A stretch of DNA of 64,000 nt from Piromyces finnis finn (Eukaryota > Fungi > Neocallimastigomycota), in assembly GCA_002104945.1 (NCBI GenBank), contig MCFH01000025.1, positions 62,001-126,000 on the forward strand, read 5' to 3'. The notes under the pieces were generated by a model. That model ran no database searches. It had not been told where the DNA came from and was given only the letters and a program-made list of their open reading frames with translations. Of the stretch, positions 21,185 to 33,800 are shown piece after piece. A program made the translations under genes and the position numbers. Numbering within the stretch: the first letter of the stretch is position 1; each line of letters begins with the position of its first letter.

Positions 21185-22363
21185 ATGTCTTCAGAAAATA
21201 ATTATCAATATAATGAAGTTGAGGATGACGAAGCTTTTCTATTAGAAAATATTAATTTAGAAGAAAGTAAAAATGATATAGAAGAAGCTTTAATAAATAG
21301 AAATGAAAATGGAAAAAAAAATTCCAAATTTAATATAATTAAATCGTTAAAAAGAAATAAAGCGAAAATAATAAAAATAAATGTTGTAATTCTTATTATT
21401 TTATTTATCGCATATACTGTTATTGATATTTGTAACCGAGATGAAAATTATGTATTAAGAAAATATGTTAAAGTCGAAGATTCATACGATGCAAATGATA
21501 ATTATGATAATTGGAATAATAATACTGGTAATAAAAATGCATTTCTTGTCATGTTAACTTCTGAGGGTAATAGTGTTGATAATTATTATATGTACACTAG
21601 TACTATTGTATATAGATTACTTCATAAAGAAGAAACTCGTACTAGAAGAGATGATGTTGACGTTGTTATTATGGTTACTGAAGATGTAGCTGATTGGAAA
21701 TTAAGAGGTCTTCATAATCTTGGGGCCGTTATTAAACGCGTAAATAAAATCAGAATGGGTACAAACTATATTATTAATAGAAGATGGAGAAATTGCTATA
21801 CAAAATTACACATGTTTGAAATGACAGAGTATGACACAATTGTATATTTAGATGCTGATTTATTCATAAAGAAAAATATCGATGAATTATTTGATATAGC
21901 AAATGATGTTAGAAATACAACTGGTAGAAATGATTTCTTTGGTGCTGTAACCGATGGTTCAATAAAAATAAACTATAATAACAGAGAAAGAAAAGGAATG
22001 TTAAATGCAGGTATTATGATTTTAACACCTGAAATGAAAGTTTATAATGATTTAATTGAATTAGCACCAAAAAAAGAATTATATAATTCGGGTTTTATGG
22101 AACAAGGATTATTAAGTTATTATTATTCTGATTTTAATAATCAATTTAATCGTACACGCTATCATTTAGATGCCCGTTATAACGCTCAATGGTTGGATGA
22201 AAGTGCATATGATGAATACTACGATAAAGTATATATTATTCACCAAAAGATTGGAAATATTGAATCATCGAAAAGTAAACAAGTTCAAAAAAATATTTTT
22301 AATTCCATTGTTGAATGGATATCCTATGTAAATAACGAAAAATTAGATATTTCTTATGATTAA
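21185..22363 (+). CDS. Glycosyltransferase family 8 (glycogenin/Gnt1-like), type II membrane protein, intronless
   Basis: 392-aa ORF with one N-terminal hydrophobic span (INVVILIILFIAYTVIDI), YTKLHMFEMTEYDTIVYLDAD (DxD), LNAGIMILTP and EQGLLSYYY motifs. Confidence 0.85.
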   Translation: MSSENNYQYNEVEDDEAFLLENINLEESKNDIEEALINRNENGKKNSKFNIIKSLKRNKAKIIKINVVILIILFIAYTVIDICNRDENYVLRKYVKVEDSYDANDNYDNWNNNTGNKNAFLVMLTSEGNSVDNYYMYTSTIVYRLLHKEETRTRRDDVDVVIMVTEDVADWKLRGLHNLGAVIKRVNKIRMGTNYIINRRWRNCYTKLHMFEMTEYDTIVYLDADLFIKKNIDELFDIANDVRNTTGRNDFFGAVTDGSIKINYNNRERKGMLNAGIMILTPEMKVYNDLIELAPKKELYNSGFMEQGLLSYYYSDFNNQFNRTRYHLDARYNAQWLDESAYDEYYDKVYIIHQKIGNIESSKSKQVQKNIFNSIVEWISYVNNEKLDISYD

Positions 22364-23548
22364 AGCATTATTACCATATAGGAAGTTTAAATTTCATTAA
22401 AAATTATAATACCTATGTAAATGAATTCTTTTTTTTTTTTTTATATATATACTAAGAATAAAAAAGAAAACCATGCATAAATAAATAGATATAAATAATA
22501 TAAATTATTATTATTATCATACAATGATGATATTATAATAAATAATAAGAATAGAAATAAAAAAAAAACATAATATAATAATTAATATAAGAATAAATAA
22601 AAAAAAATTATTAAATATATTAAGTAAAAAAAAAATAATAATAATAAAAGAAATATAAAAAATAAAAAAGTTTTTTATATATTAAAATAGTATAGCTACT
22701 TTTTGATATGGGTTTGTTTTATAAATAAAAAATTAAAACACTTTTTTAGCTTATTTAAGCATAATAGAGAAAAATAGTGTTGTTGTAAGTGTATAGTATT
22801 TTGTGATAAAGAAAGAATTGTATAATAATCTAATGTTAAATAGAATTAGACCTAACTGTTAAATTAACACCTAAATACATAAAACTCTATTAAATCATAT
22901 GAACTGTCTTTATAAAAAATTGTAATAATCCAATGTTAAAATCTTAACTGTTAAATTAATACCTCTAATACAATGTCCCAATCTATATTAAAAAAAAAAA
23001 AAAAAAGAAAGAAAGAAAAAAGAAAAAAAGGGAAAAAATAATTTCTTTAATACTACATTAATACAGTATTATTCTAATTTTTTTTTATTATTATTATTTT
23101 GTGGTATTTTATTTTTATTTTTTTTTTTTTTTTTTTTTTATAATATATATAAATTTTAAATACAATAAAATAATTAATTTTAGTAAAATTACAAAGTATT
23201 AAAGTAAAAAAAAAAAAAAATAAATAAATAAAAAAAAAATGTAGAGGATATTTTTTTTAGTTTATAATTATATGGTTAATGAAGAAATTTATATATACAT
23301 AATATCTTTTTTATTAATTATTTACTAGTAGATTGTTTAATTTTTTGTAATTATTATAATTATTATTAATATTATTATATTATATATGGGTAATTCATGT
23401 ATATTATTATTATTATATTATTATATTATTTATGGTTTTATGGATTACGATTATTATATATTCATGTTTTTTTTTTCTATTTTGTTTTTGTTTTGTTTTG
23501 ATTAATTATTGTAAAAAAAAAAAAAATAAAAAAAATGCTGAAGATTTA

Positions 23549-26500
23549 TTATTCACTATTTACAGTTATATTTTTAATACTAACATTCTTTTCCTCATCT
23601 GGCTGTTCACTAGCCTTCTTTTCTCCACTTACTGGTGCAGGTTTTTCAAGTGGTAATTCAGATATTATATTAATGTGTAATTTCCATAATTTCGGTGTAA
23701 ACATAAATACCAAAATAATATCAGCCGACAAAATAATCATCAACGATTGAATAAGGAAAAGTGTGGTATGATCAAGACCCTTGATATTAACAATAAACAT
23801 TAAAATAATCATACAAATAACAATACCGTAAATTGAAAGACCGATAACCTTGGATTCATTGTATTCTGAATAGACATTCTTAACCTTATAGACAAGGTAA
23901 CAACCATATACTAAGGCCAAACCATTAATAACAATTAATGATGTTTGAATATAGGTACCTAAACTAGAGGTATTTTTACAAATGTAATAATGCATTGATC
24001 TTGTAAATTTCTTTACATCAGGTTCCATACCTGCAGCTGAACTCCAAATAGTTACCAAGGTTAATTCAATACCAAGAAGAATACATAAATACATAATCAA
24101 ATTTGAATCCTTAACTTGGAAGTTAATCTTATCGAAAATAACCTTTATTCTAAAGGTTTTGAGAAGAAGTGAGAAGAAGGTTAAACCGAAGGTTAATACA
24201 AGAATATATGGTCTTAATATACATATAAATTTGGTTGGTTTTCCAATGAATGTTAAAATACTGACAAAGGCTAACATAATACCAACTAACATATTAATTA
24301 AGAAGAGTGGTGATGATCTACGAATTTCAATAAAGTTTCTATGTTTAATTAAGTAATAGGTAACCACAGATGTAATAATAAGTTCAATTGCTACAATAAT
24401 TATCATAATTATTGTTGTTGTGCTTCCAAGTTCAACATATTTATCTTTTTATTTAATAATAGATAGTGAAAATATAAAGGAGAGTGGATTAAACAATATA
24501 TATAATAAAGAAAAAGTATATGTTTAAATATTTTTAATAATTATTAAATATAATTTTTTTACTATTATTATTTCTTAATTTTTTTTTTATTTTGCATGAT
24601 ATTTTACCTTGGAAATAATCTGAAAACACACTCATTAATTGTTGAAGTGTTTTAACTTCTTTATCTGAACCTGAACCCTTACTTGTACTATCAGAAGCAT
24701 CTTTAAAGTAACCCTTTGCTTTATCGAAAAATTCATTAAACTTTTCAAGGAATTCTTCTTGATAGAATGCACTATATGGTGCCAAAATATGATCCTTTGC
24801 TATATCTCTATAAAATCCACAATTAATTCTATCACAATATTTCTTATTATTAAGAGATCCATCTATTATAAATATTATAAAAATAATTTAATATTTTGAT
24901 TAATTTTTGTCCATCATAAAAACATTATTCTTTATTTAATATTATATATTTCATAATTCTTTTTTTCTTTGTATTTTTTTTTTTCTATACTAACCTTGTT
25001 CAATTAAAGATGAATATACAGGAAGATCATAAAAATCATCTTCTTGAATCAATTGTTTCATAAATTCTTTACTTGTAAAAGTTTTAACAACTTTAACAGC
25101 TTCGTCAAAAACATTTTCATTAACTGAAGATGGAACACAAATGTATATACCTTTATTAATGGTTCTGGAATTTGTAAATCTATTTTGTTCATAAACCATT
25201 TTACTTATTTGGAATGATTTATTTTCATCTCTATCATTTTTCTTTTGAAATTCTGTAGTGACATTATAATAAAAACTAGACCAATTTCTCATAAAAATAG
25301 CCTTTCCTTCATTGAAACGAATTACACCATATTCTGAGTTTAAATGCCATGCATATTCTTTATTATTATTATTTTATTTCATTTATTTTTTTTTTAATTT
25401 AATAATATATTTTCCCAATTATATTTTATTATTTCAAATGATATTTCAATTTTATAAATATAAATAGTTTTTTAACAATTAATTTTAAAAATCTTTAAAA
25501 ATTTATATATTATTTGTGACGACTTACCATCAATAATACCATTATCAAATAAATATTTAAATTCTCCTATAGTACTGTTTGCTTCTTTTTCAATATTTTT
25601 ATAAGTTAATTTATTTCTAGTATTTAAAATATTTTCAAATAAATTATAGAAAAATTCACGATATTCTTTTTTAATTAATTATATTGCAATATGGGATTAT
25701 CGAAAGCCATCACCATCATCATATAAAAATATAAAAAAGAATTTCAATTAGACCATGTGATTATCATATGTTTTATATTTTTGTTGCATGTGGAAATCAT
25801 GTTGTTATATTAAATTTAACCAATAAAATTTTAGTAATTGATATTTTTCTATATTAATTTTTAATTAATTTTTTAAATTTTTAATCTATTTTTTAATATT
25901 CATTTTGGGTAGAAACTTGTCCCTTTTTTTTATTTTGTTATATTTTTTAAATATTATATTGTTAAAATAGAAAAAAAAAGTTACCATTAAATTGACCAAT
26001 AAAAATAGTGTCAGTTTTTGGAAAATCAATTTCGTCAAGAATATCCTTTACATTACTGATATCATCCCAAGTTGTTGGTGTTTTAACTGGAAGATCTGTT
26101 CTATAATACAAGATACCATAATCTAAGAACAATGGCTTTATTATTTTGATTTCATAATAATAAAAAAGTTTTTGTTGTTATTATTTTATTTTTAATTAAT
26201 CATCACAATTTGACGGTTTATTTGTATAATTTGGGTATATATATATATTTTTATGGAAAGATAGGATTATATTAATTTTTTGATTATTAATATTGTAATA
26301 AATATAAAAAAAAAATTATTTATTAATAAATTGTATTGCGTGGAAAATTAAAAAAAAAAAATTTTTTTATTATTTGATAGAGTTTAATAAAGTAAACAAA
26401 AAAAAAAAAAAACTAGTTTTTAAAACTTTAAAAGGTAAAGGAATATATAAACCGTTTTATTTGAAAAGTATTCCTAACGATTCATTTTATCTATAATAAT

Positions 26501-27058
26501 ATAAATATATAAATGATTTCTTACCAATGCTGTTATATTGGCATGTTCTTTATTTGCTGTCAAATCTTTAAATAATTCACTATATGCTTCTCCTTCAACA
26601 CTATCTGCCATACGTTCATTGGCAACATCTTCTATTTCTCTATAAATATTTTTAATAGAATTATAATATTGATCATATAACGTTGGTTCTACCATAGCAA
26701 CATCACAATGATACAATGAAAAACTTTTTACATAGTCTTCCATATTTTGATAATAACTATACATCAACCTATTATTGTCTTGGTTTAAGATATAATTATA
26801 TGCTTTACTAAATATTTTTTCATATTTTCTATATTTCTCTGGAAAACATAAGTTTACAGTATCTTGTTGATGTGTATTTTGTGGATTATTTAGTTTTTGA
26901 AAATAGTTATTTTCATTTCCATTATATGAAGAAGTTAATAAGTCCTCTTCATCTTTATATTCTTCAATAATATCAGGTAAAGAAACTACAAATACTATTT
27001 GACAAACTGTTATATTAAATATTATTATTATTATTATTTGTATATATTTTTTTTTCAT
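23549..27058 (-). CDS. Class C (family 3) GPCR with an N-terminal bacterial-type extracellular solute-binding domain, multi-exon
   Basis: Signal peptide at 27058. Spliced TAL|PLFLDYGILYYRTDL..PTTWDD and RFNEGKAIFMRNWSS are typical of family-1 sugar-binding proteins. The last exon (about 24440-23549) has seven hydrophobic spans with IRRSSPLFL, LLKTFRI and YSEYNESKVIGLSIY, typical of 7tm_3. Confidence 0.85.
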
Positions 27059-29975
27059 TATCCGTTTATTTTTAAGAGTATGTATATGTATATTAATTTA
27101 TCAACATATAGCATTAAATAAATACACAAAAATGAAGTGATAATATAATGTTTATGATATATAGTATATATAGAGTGTAAAGTATATATTATTAAAAAAT
27201 ATATATATTTATTAGAAAATGTATTATAGTTTTTAAAAAGTGTATTGTAACTATAGTTTGTTTGATATATTCTATTGATAGAAGAGGTTTTTTTTAATTA
27301 TTATTATTATTATTATTTTGATAATTCATCAAACTTTTTATGATACCTAATAAAAATGTTATCAGTGGAAAACTCAGTATCCTTTTCATTATGAAATATA
27401 TATTCTTTTTATTATGTATATATAACTTTTAAATATTGAGCTTTTTTTTTGGTATATAATAGAGGGTGGTTAAACGAATTAAAAGTAATATATATACTTT
27501 TGATAAATAAAAAACAATACTTCTATAATAATTTTTAAAGAAAAAACAAGAAAAAAAAATTTTTTTAAAAAAAAAAAAAAGGAAAATAAATTATTAAAAG
27601 ATAAAATTATTATTAAAAAATATTTTAAAAATTATAATTTTACATATATTTTTAATATAAAAAAAAAAAAAAAAAAGAAATTATTCAAATAAAATCATAG
27701 GAAATATTCAAGTAAAATTAGTTGTTTTTTTAACTTTATTTATAATTCCTTTTATTGTAATAATAATATTATTATTTTTATTTTAAATGTAATCTAAATT
27801 TATATAAAATTAATTATTTAAAAAATATCAACATTATAATATAAAAAAAAAAAAGTGCGAATTATCTCAAATTTTATTTATAGATTGAACCTATAAAATT
27901 TTATATTGTATTTATAAATTGAATATAGAATTAAAACAAATATAAAAAAAAAAAATTACAGATTTTTCATGACATTACTCATTTTACATAATAAATAGAA
28001 TTAACTTTAAATTTTATTATTATTAAATTTATAATGATAAGGATAACATTAAGAAAGTATAAAGCTTTTATATATTTAAAATAGGTTCATCTAACAAAAA
28101 ATAGTAAAAAGAAAGTTTATTATAATATACATTCATGTAAAATTAAATTTTAACTTTTCTAAACTAAAGAATAAATAGCATAAAGTTTAATTTATTTATA
28201 TTACGAAATAAGAAAGATATAATAAACTCTTCTATAAGAATAATAAATTATAATAATCATTACAATAATAATAAAGATAAAAAGTTAATTATTAAGAAAT
28301 TGGAGATTAAAATAATAAAGAAATGAACATCAGGTTATTGTTTAACATCACTATTTCAATAGTATAGAATAAAACTTTAAAATAGTACATTGTTATTTTC
28401 ATACTTTGAAATAAGAATAAAAAATTCTTATATCTAATTATTAAATATTTATTCATAACTTTGTTAAAAATATAATTATTGATATTTTTTATTCTTATTT
28501 TAAAGTTATGAATAAATATTTAATAATTAGATATAATAGTGTAATTACATATATATTTTATAAATTGTACTTTTTTTTTTTACTATTAATTATGTATATT
28601 TTATAATTAATAAAACTATATTAAATTAAATTATTATTTTGATATAAATTGTAATTGTTATTACTAGTAATAAATTTCAAAAGAATAAAAAATAAAATTG
28701 AAAATTAACCTAATTTCCAATTATAGTTCAGTATTTTCTTTTATATTCTTATTTTTATAAAAGAAGATACTATTTAACTATTATATATAGTACTATAAAA
28801 AAGATATAAGACTAATTGTTTCCACAATTGGAAGCATTTAAGTTTTTAATACCATAATATTTACACAAAAAATACAAATAAAAAGATATTTCTTTTTTTT
28901 TTAATTAATAAATTTAAATTTTTATTTTTTTTATTCTTGTAAACTAAAAATATTATATATTATATATATTATATATTTTAAAAAAACTCTGAAGGTGAAA
29001 TTAAAAATATTATCCTATATGTATATTATAACAATAGAGAAGGATGATATCAATTTTATATATATATATATAAAAATATGAAAGTTGAAGAAACCTTTTT
29101 GTATAAAGTAATGGTGATTATTTCTATTCTTGGTGTCACATTTTCTATTAGTAGATAATTAACCAAATTTTTTTTTTTTTTATTTTATTAATTTTTTCAA
29201 TAACATATATAAAAAAGGTACACAAAGACATTTTAGACCTATTAAAGTTTATTTAAGGTAGTACAAAAACTTTTTTTTTAAAAAGATTGTTTTTTATTAA
29301 AACTTTAAATAATAAAAAAGGTTAATATTAAAATTACTTTTATTTAATTAGGATATGAAATAATAATAAACAAATAATGTATACATAATGTAGTAAATTT
29401 TATATAATATAATATATTGAAAATGTAGGAAATCACTAGAAAATGGTTAATAATTAAATATTTTAATTATAGTTTATATAGAATTTTGTGTCTTTATATT
29501 ATTTATTAGAAATAGGAAAATTGCAAACTTTTATTAATTAATCCCATAGGACATATTCCCATAATATTATGTATATTGCGAGTGAAAATTTATATGTTAT
29601 TATGATAGGAAAAATGGTAATATTAAAATAGTAGAAATAGTAGAAAAACAACTCAATAAAACATGAAGCCTAAACAGTTTATAAAATTAAAAAACAATTA
29701 AAAGGATAAAGCTCATTAAAAAGAAAATTTAAAAAGTTTATAAATACATTTTTTTTATAACTGAATCCTATCAAATATAAATTATAAAAATATAGTTATT
29801 ATTATTTATGTATTTAAATAAAATAAAAATGTATAAGGATATAAGAAATAATATATAATAAATAATTCTTATTCACATATAGAGAATGTGGAGTTTTTTT
29901 TTTTTTTTGTAAAATATATTTTTAGGGTTAGAAGTCATTAAGTATTAAATAATACCTAATTATTATATATATATA

Positions 29976-30385
29976 ATTCGTTTCAGTTTTTACCCTGATT
30001 GTTAAGGCATTTAACATACATTCGAAACCGTAGATACCCTTACATATCCATAGGGGTTTTATTCACTAATTTGCCCATGGATTAAGGTATCTACACAGGT
30101 AAGTATTGTTTGTTTCACCCAATAGGGCAATTTTTAATTTCATATACTATTCCATTTGTTAGTCACTTGAGAGGGTTGATATCGTTTCCAATATCTTCGG
30201 GAGGACAAGGGATACTGAATAGTATACAGTCTGGTTCCTAAAAGAGGAACTGTTAAGGACTCGTCCCTACTAGTCTACCCTCCTCTTAGGGTATTGTAAG
30301 CACCGACACCAAAACTGGTATGGCAAAATTATGTTCTGTACACTATCATGGGAAAACACATGACAAAGTTTAAAAAAAAAAAAAA
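29976..30385 (+). other. GC-richer, strongly self-complementary non-coding island ending in an A tract; unclassified (retroposed element or structured ncRNA)
   Basis: Stems GTAGATAC(C)CTTA/TAAGGTATCTAC, ATCCAT/ATGGAT, GTTCCT/AGGAAC, GGAGG/CCTCC and CATG/CATG near the 3' end, followed by A14 at about 30372-30385. No ORF. Confidence 0.5.
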
Positions 30386-30833
30386 TAAATACATATCTAT
30401 AAACTTTGATATATCATTTATTTTATTTGAAATGGAAAAATTATCAATACAACATACATTTATAATATTTTAAAGGTTTTAAAATAAAAATTGTAGGGTA
30501 TAAGAACAAGATAATAAAAAAACTTTAAAATAGTATAAAATTGTAAAGAGGTAAATAGGAAGTTTCATCTAAAAAAAAAAACATATAAAATTTTAAAAAA
30601 TATATAGAATATTAAAAATCTCACTCATTTTTGGGGATTAAATAATTAAAATAAAGTTGAGCCTTTTCAGACATATTTTTTAATGGAGGAGAACAAATTC
30701 TTTTGAATTATTTTTTAATAGTTAATAAAATTAATTATTAGTATTGCTGTTTTATTTTTAATTAGATATAGGTGGGAAGCGAATCATAGGAATATAAGTA
30801 ATACAAATTAAAAAAAAAAAAAAGGTAATTCTT

Positions 30834-33800
30834 TTAAAGATAGGAATTAAGAATCATTGCTAATTTAGAATCTATTTTAGCTAGGGTTATTGCACTGACT
30901 CGATCCTTATTTATAATAGATACATCTGCATTAAAATATAAAAGAGTATTTACAATAGTATAATGTTTATTTATACAGGCTAAAATTAACGCAGAGTCTT
31001 GATGATTATTAATATCATTAATATTAATGCCAGTTTTTTGTAAACAATTGACTAATTCAACAGATCCATTGATACTAGCTATCATTAATGGGGTATCACC
31101 ATGATTATTTTTTATACCAGGGTTGGCATTATGCTTTAAAAGAAGTTCGACTAATGGTAAGTTTCTGTTTTGACAGGCATAGTGAAGTGGAGAATTTCCT
31201 TCTTGATCAAGACAATTTGGATCTGCATAATAGGCTAATAATAATTCTGCACAATAGGTATTATTGTTTTTTACTGCAAGACAAAGTGCTGTTTCGCCAT
31301 TTCTATTGATTTCATTAATATCTGGTACATGGGAAAGTAAAATACGTACAATTTTATCATAGTTATTACTGCAAGCAATCATTAAAGAGGTTTCTCCATT
31401 TTTGGGTGAAATTTTATTTATGTTGATGCCCTTTTCGAGGAGATAACGAACCAATCGAGCATTGTTATTATAGGTAGCAATGATTATATAGGAAAGTCCA
31501 CTAGATGGATCCATATAGTTCACATTACGATGTTCTTGTTCAAAGATATACTCTACAGCTTCCATTAGGTCCAACTTTATAAATGTCAATAATATTTTAT
31601 CATTAAATCTATAATTTGGGTCATGAATAAGATAATCAAATATCATCTTGATGACCTCTTTAATATCTAAAGTAGAAGAATAAAAGGTTTCTTCAAGGGT
31701 ATTGAAATTTTGATCAAGAAAACTTTCAATAACTGGAACTAATGCACGCTGGTCAATATCATAGTTAAGTAATATTTTTAACTTTGTTAAGCTGTCATGG
31801 TGAAGAATTAATTCTAAAATATCTTCACCTTTATTATTCATGATGCTGAAATTCAAAGGGAAGGGTGGATTTGAGAATAAGGCTAATAAAGTATCATTAT
31901 CTTCTCTACGAGCCGCAATTAACAATGGTGTGTCTCCTTCCTTATTTTGTTCATTTAATTTTACTTGATGTTCATAAAGCATTTTGATACTTTCCACATT
32001 GCCATTTCGACAGGCTAAATGTAAAGGTGTATTTCCATCATAATTTTTAATATTAAAATCAATACCACGATCTGCTAATAGTGTCATACATGAAAAATGA
32101 TTGTTAGCGCATGCTAATGAAAAGGCGGTATTATTATATCGATCACAAAGGTTGACATCCTTGATCTGATCAATGATAAGTTCTGCTTGTTCTCTGAAAC
32201 CATTCTCACAAAGATACATTAATGAATTTTTACCATACCAACTGGTCAAATTAATGTCAACATTATAATTTAGTAATAATTTCATAATCTTAATATCATT
32301 ATATTGACATGAAGTCATAAAGGCTGTTTCGTTCCACATACCATAGGCTTTATTAATATCTGCTTGGTGTTGAATTAAATACTCAATTAAATCTATATTT
32401 TTATTTTCACATGCTTGCATTAAAACACTTTTATGATTACTATTTTTGCTGTTGAGATCGGCACCTTGTTCAATCAACTGTTCAACTATTTTTTGATGAT
32501 TTTTACGGCATGCAATGAATAATGCTGTTTCACCATTCTTGTTTCTAATAGTGATATCTACCTTTCGATTTAATAAATATTCAGCAATATCAACATGATC
32601 CTTTTCAATGGCAGCCATCAAAGCAGTATTGCCAAATTTATTCCTTAAATTTAATGAAGAATTTTTTGAAATTAATTGTTGAACAATAGATAAATTACCA
32701 CTTTCTGCCGCAGTAATTAATGCTGTATTTTTTCTTCCATTAATTTCATTAATTTGTACGCTTGGTTGATTTAAGAGAACTTTAACAACTTCTAATTGAT
32801 CTGTAAAACATGCAATTATTAGTGGGGTATTACCATTGAAGCATTTATAATTAATATTGACTGGGTATTGGAGAAGAAATTGAATCATATTATAATTTTT
32901 TTTCAGGCATGCCCAAATTAATGGGGTTCTTCTTTTATCATCAAAAATATTGACATTGGCATCATGCTTGAGAAGTACTTCTAAAATTGAAAGATTCTCA
33001 TTATGAATTGCTGCTATTAATGCTGAATTGCCATAACTATCTTTTCTTTCCATATTTGCATTAGCGTCTAATAAAAGACAAACTAACTCTAAATTATTGC
33101 TTTCTGATGCTATGATTAATGGTGTTTTATCTTTCTCATTGGTGACATTGACGTTAGCACCATATTTTAATAATAATTTTACAAATTCAATATTACCATT
33201 TTTACAGGATAATAATAATGAAGTATTTATATCTTCTTTTGATATACCAATGCTATCAAGTAATAAATGAGCAATATCAATACTGTTTGATAGGCAAGCA
33301 ATATATAATGGTGTATTTTTCTGGCTATTTTTGATTTGTAAATTAGCATTTATTTTCAAATATGCAATAACCATATCTACATTGCCATATTGACAAGCAC
33401 AGTTTAATGATTTCCACTCAGAGTTACCTTTTAGTTCTAGATATTTATTTGGGTTGTCAATAAATGTTTTTCTTACAATACCATCATTATTTTCATAGAG
33501 TATAGAAAAAATGAGTAAAATGTCAATATTTATCTCTTGATTGTTTTTTAGTATATCATATAAATTGAAAGTGGTTAAAGTTTCATTTGTATGAGATATT
33601 ATTTTTTGTATATTTACAGATTGATCTTCATCCAAAGTTGTAGAAGAATTCTTATTTTCAGCATAATCTTCTATCATTCTATTATTATTATTGTAGTAGA
33701 GGTACAAATATAAATCCAATTTATGTTGGATAAGCTCCTGAATAACACAATTACTATTAAATAATAAATCCAGGTAACGGGTGTCATTGTTAATAGAAGC

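Noticed and set aside
22815-22972. Degenerate two-copy direct repeat (AATTGT..AATGTTAAA..TAACTGTTAAATTAA) between the GT8 and GPCR 3' ends
   Set aside because: Short, AT-rich and diverged; no structure or function can be supported.
30088-30108. Minus strand reads ATACTTACCTG..AGATACC, like the 5' end of U1 snRNA
   Set aside because: No U1-70K loop (GATCACGAA-like), no U1A loop (ATTGCAC) and no Sm site follow; it is simply the complement of a CAGGTAAGTAT string.
30283-30292. CTTAGGGTA / TACCCTAAG as a telomerase RNA template in the 30-kb island
   Set aside because: Only about one TTAGGG unit; a template needs roughly 1.5 repeats, and no pseudoknot was identified.
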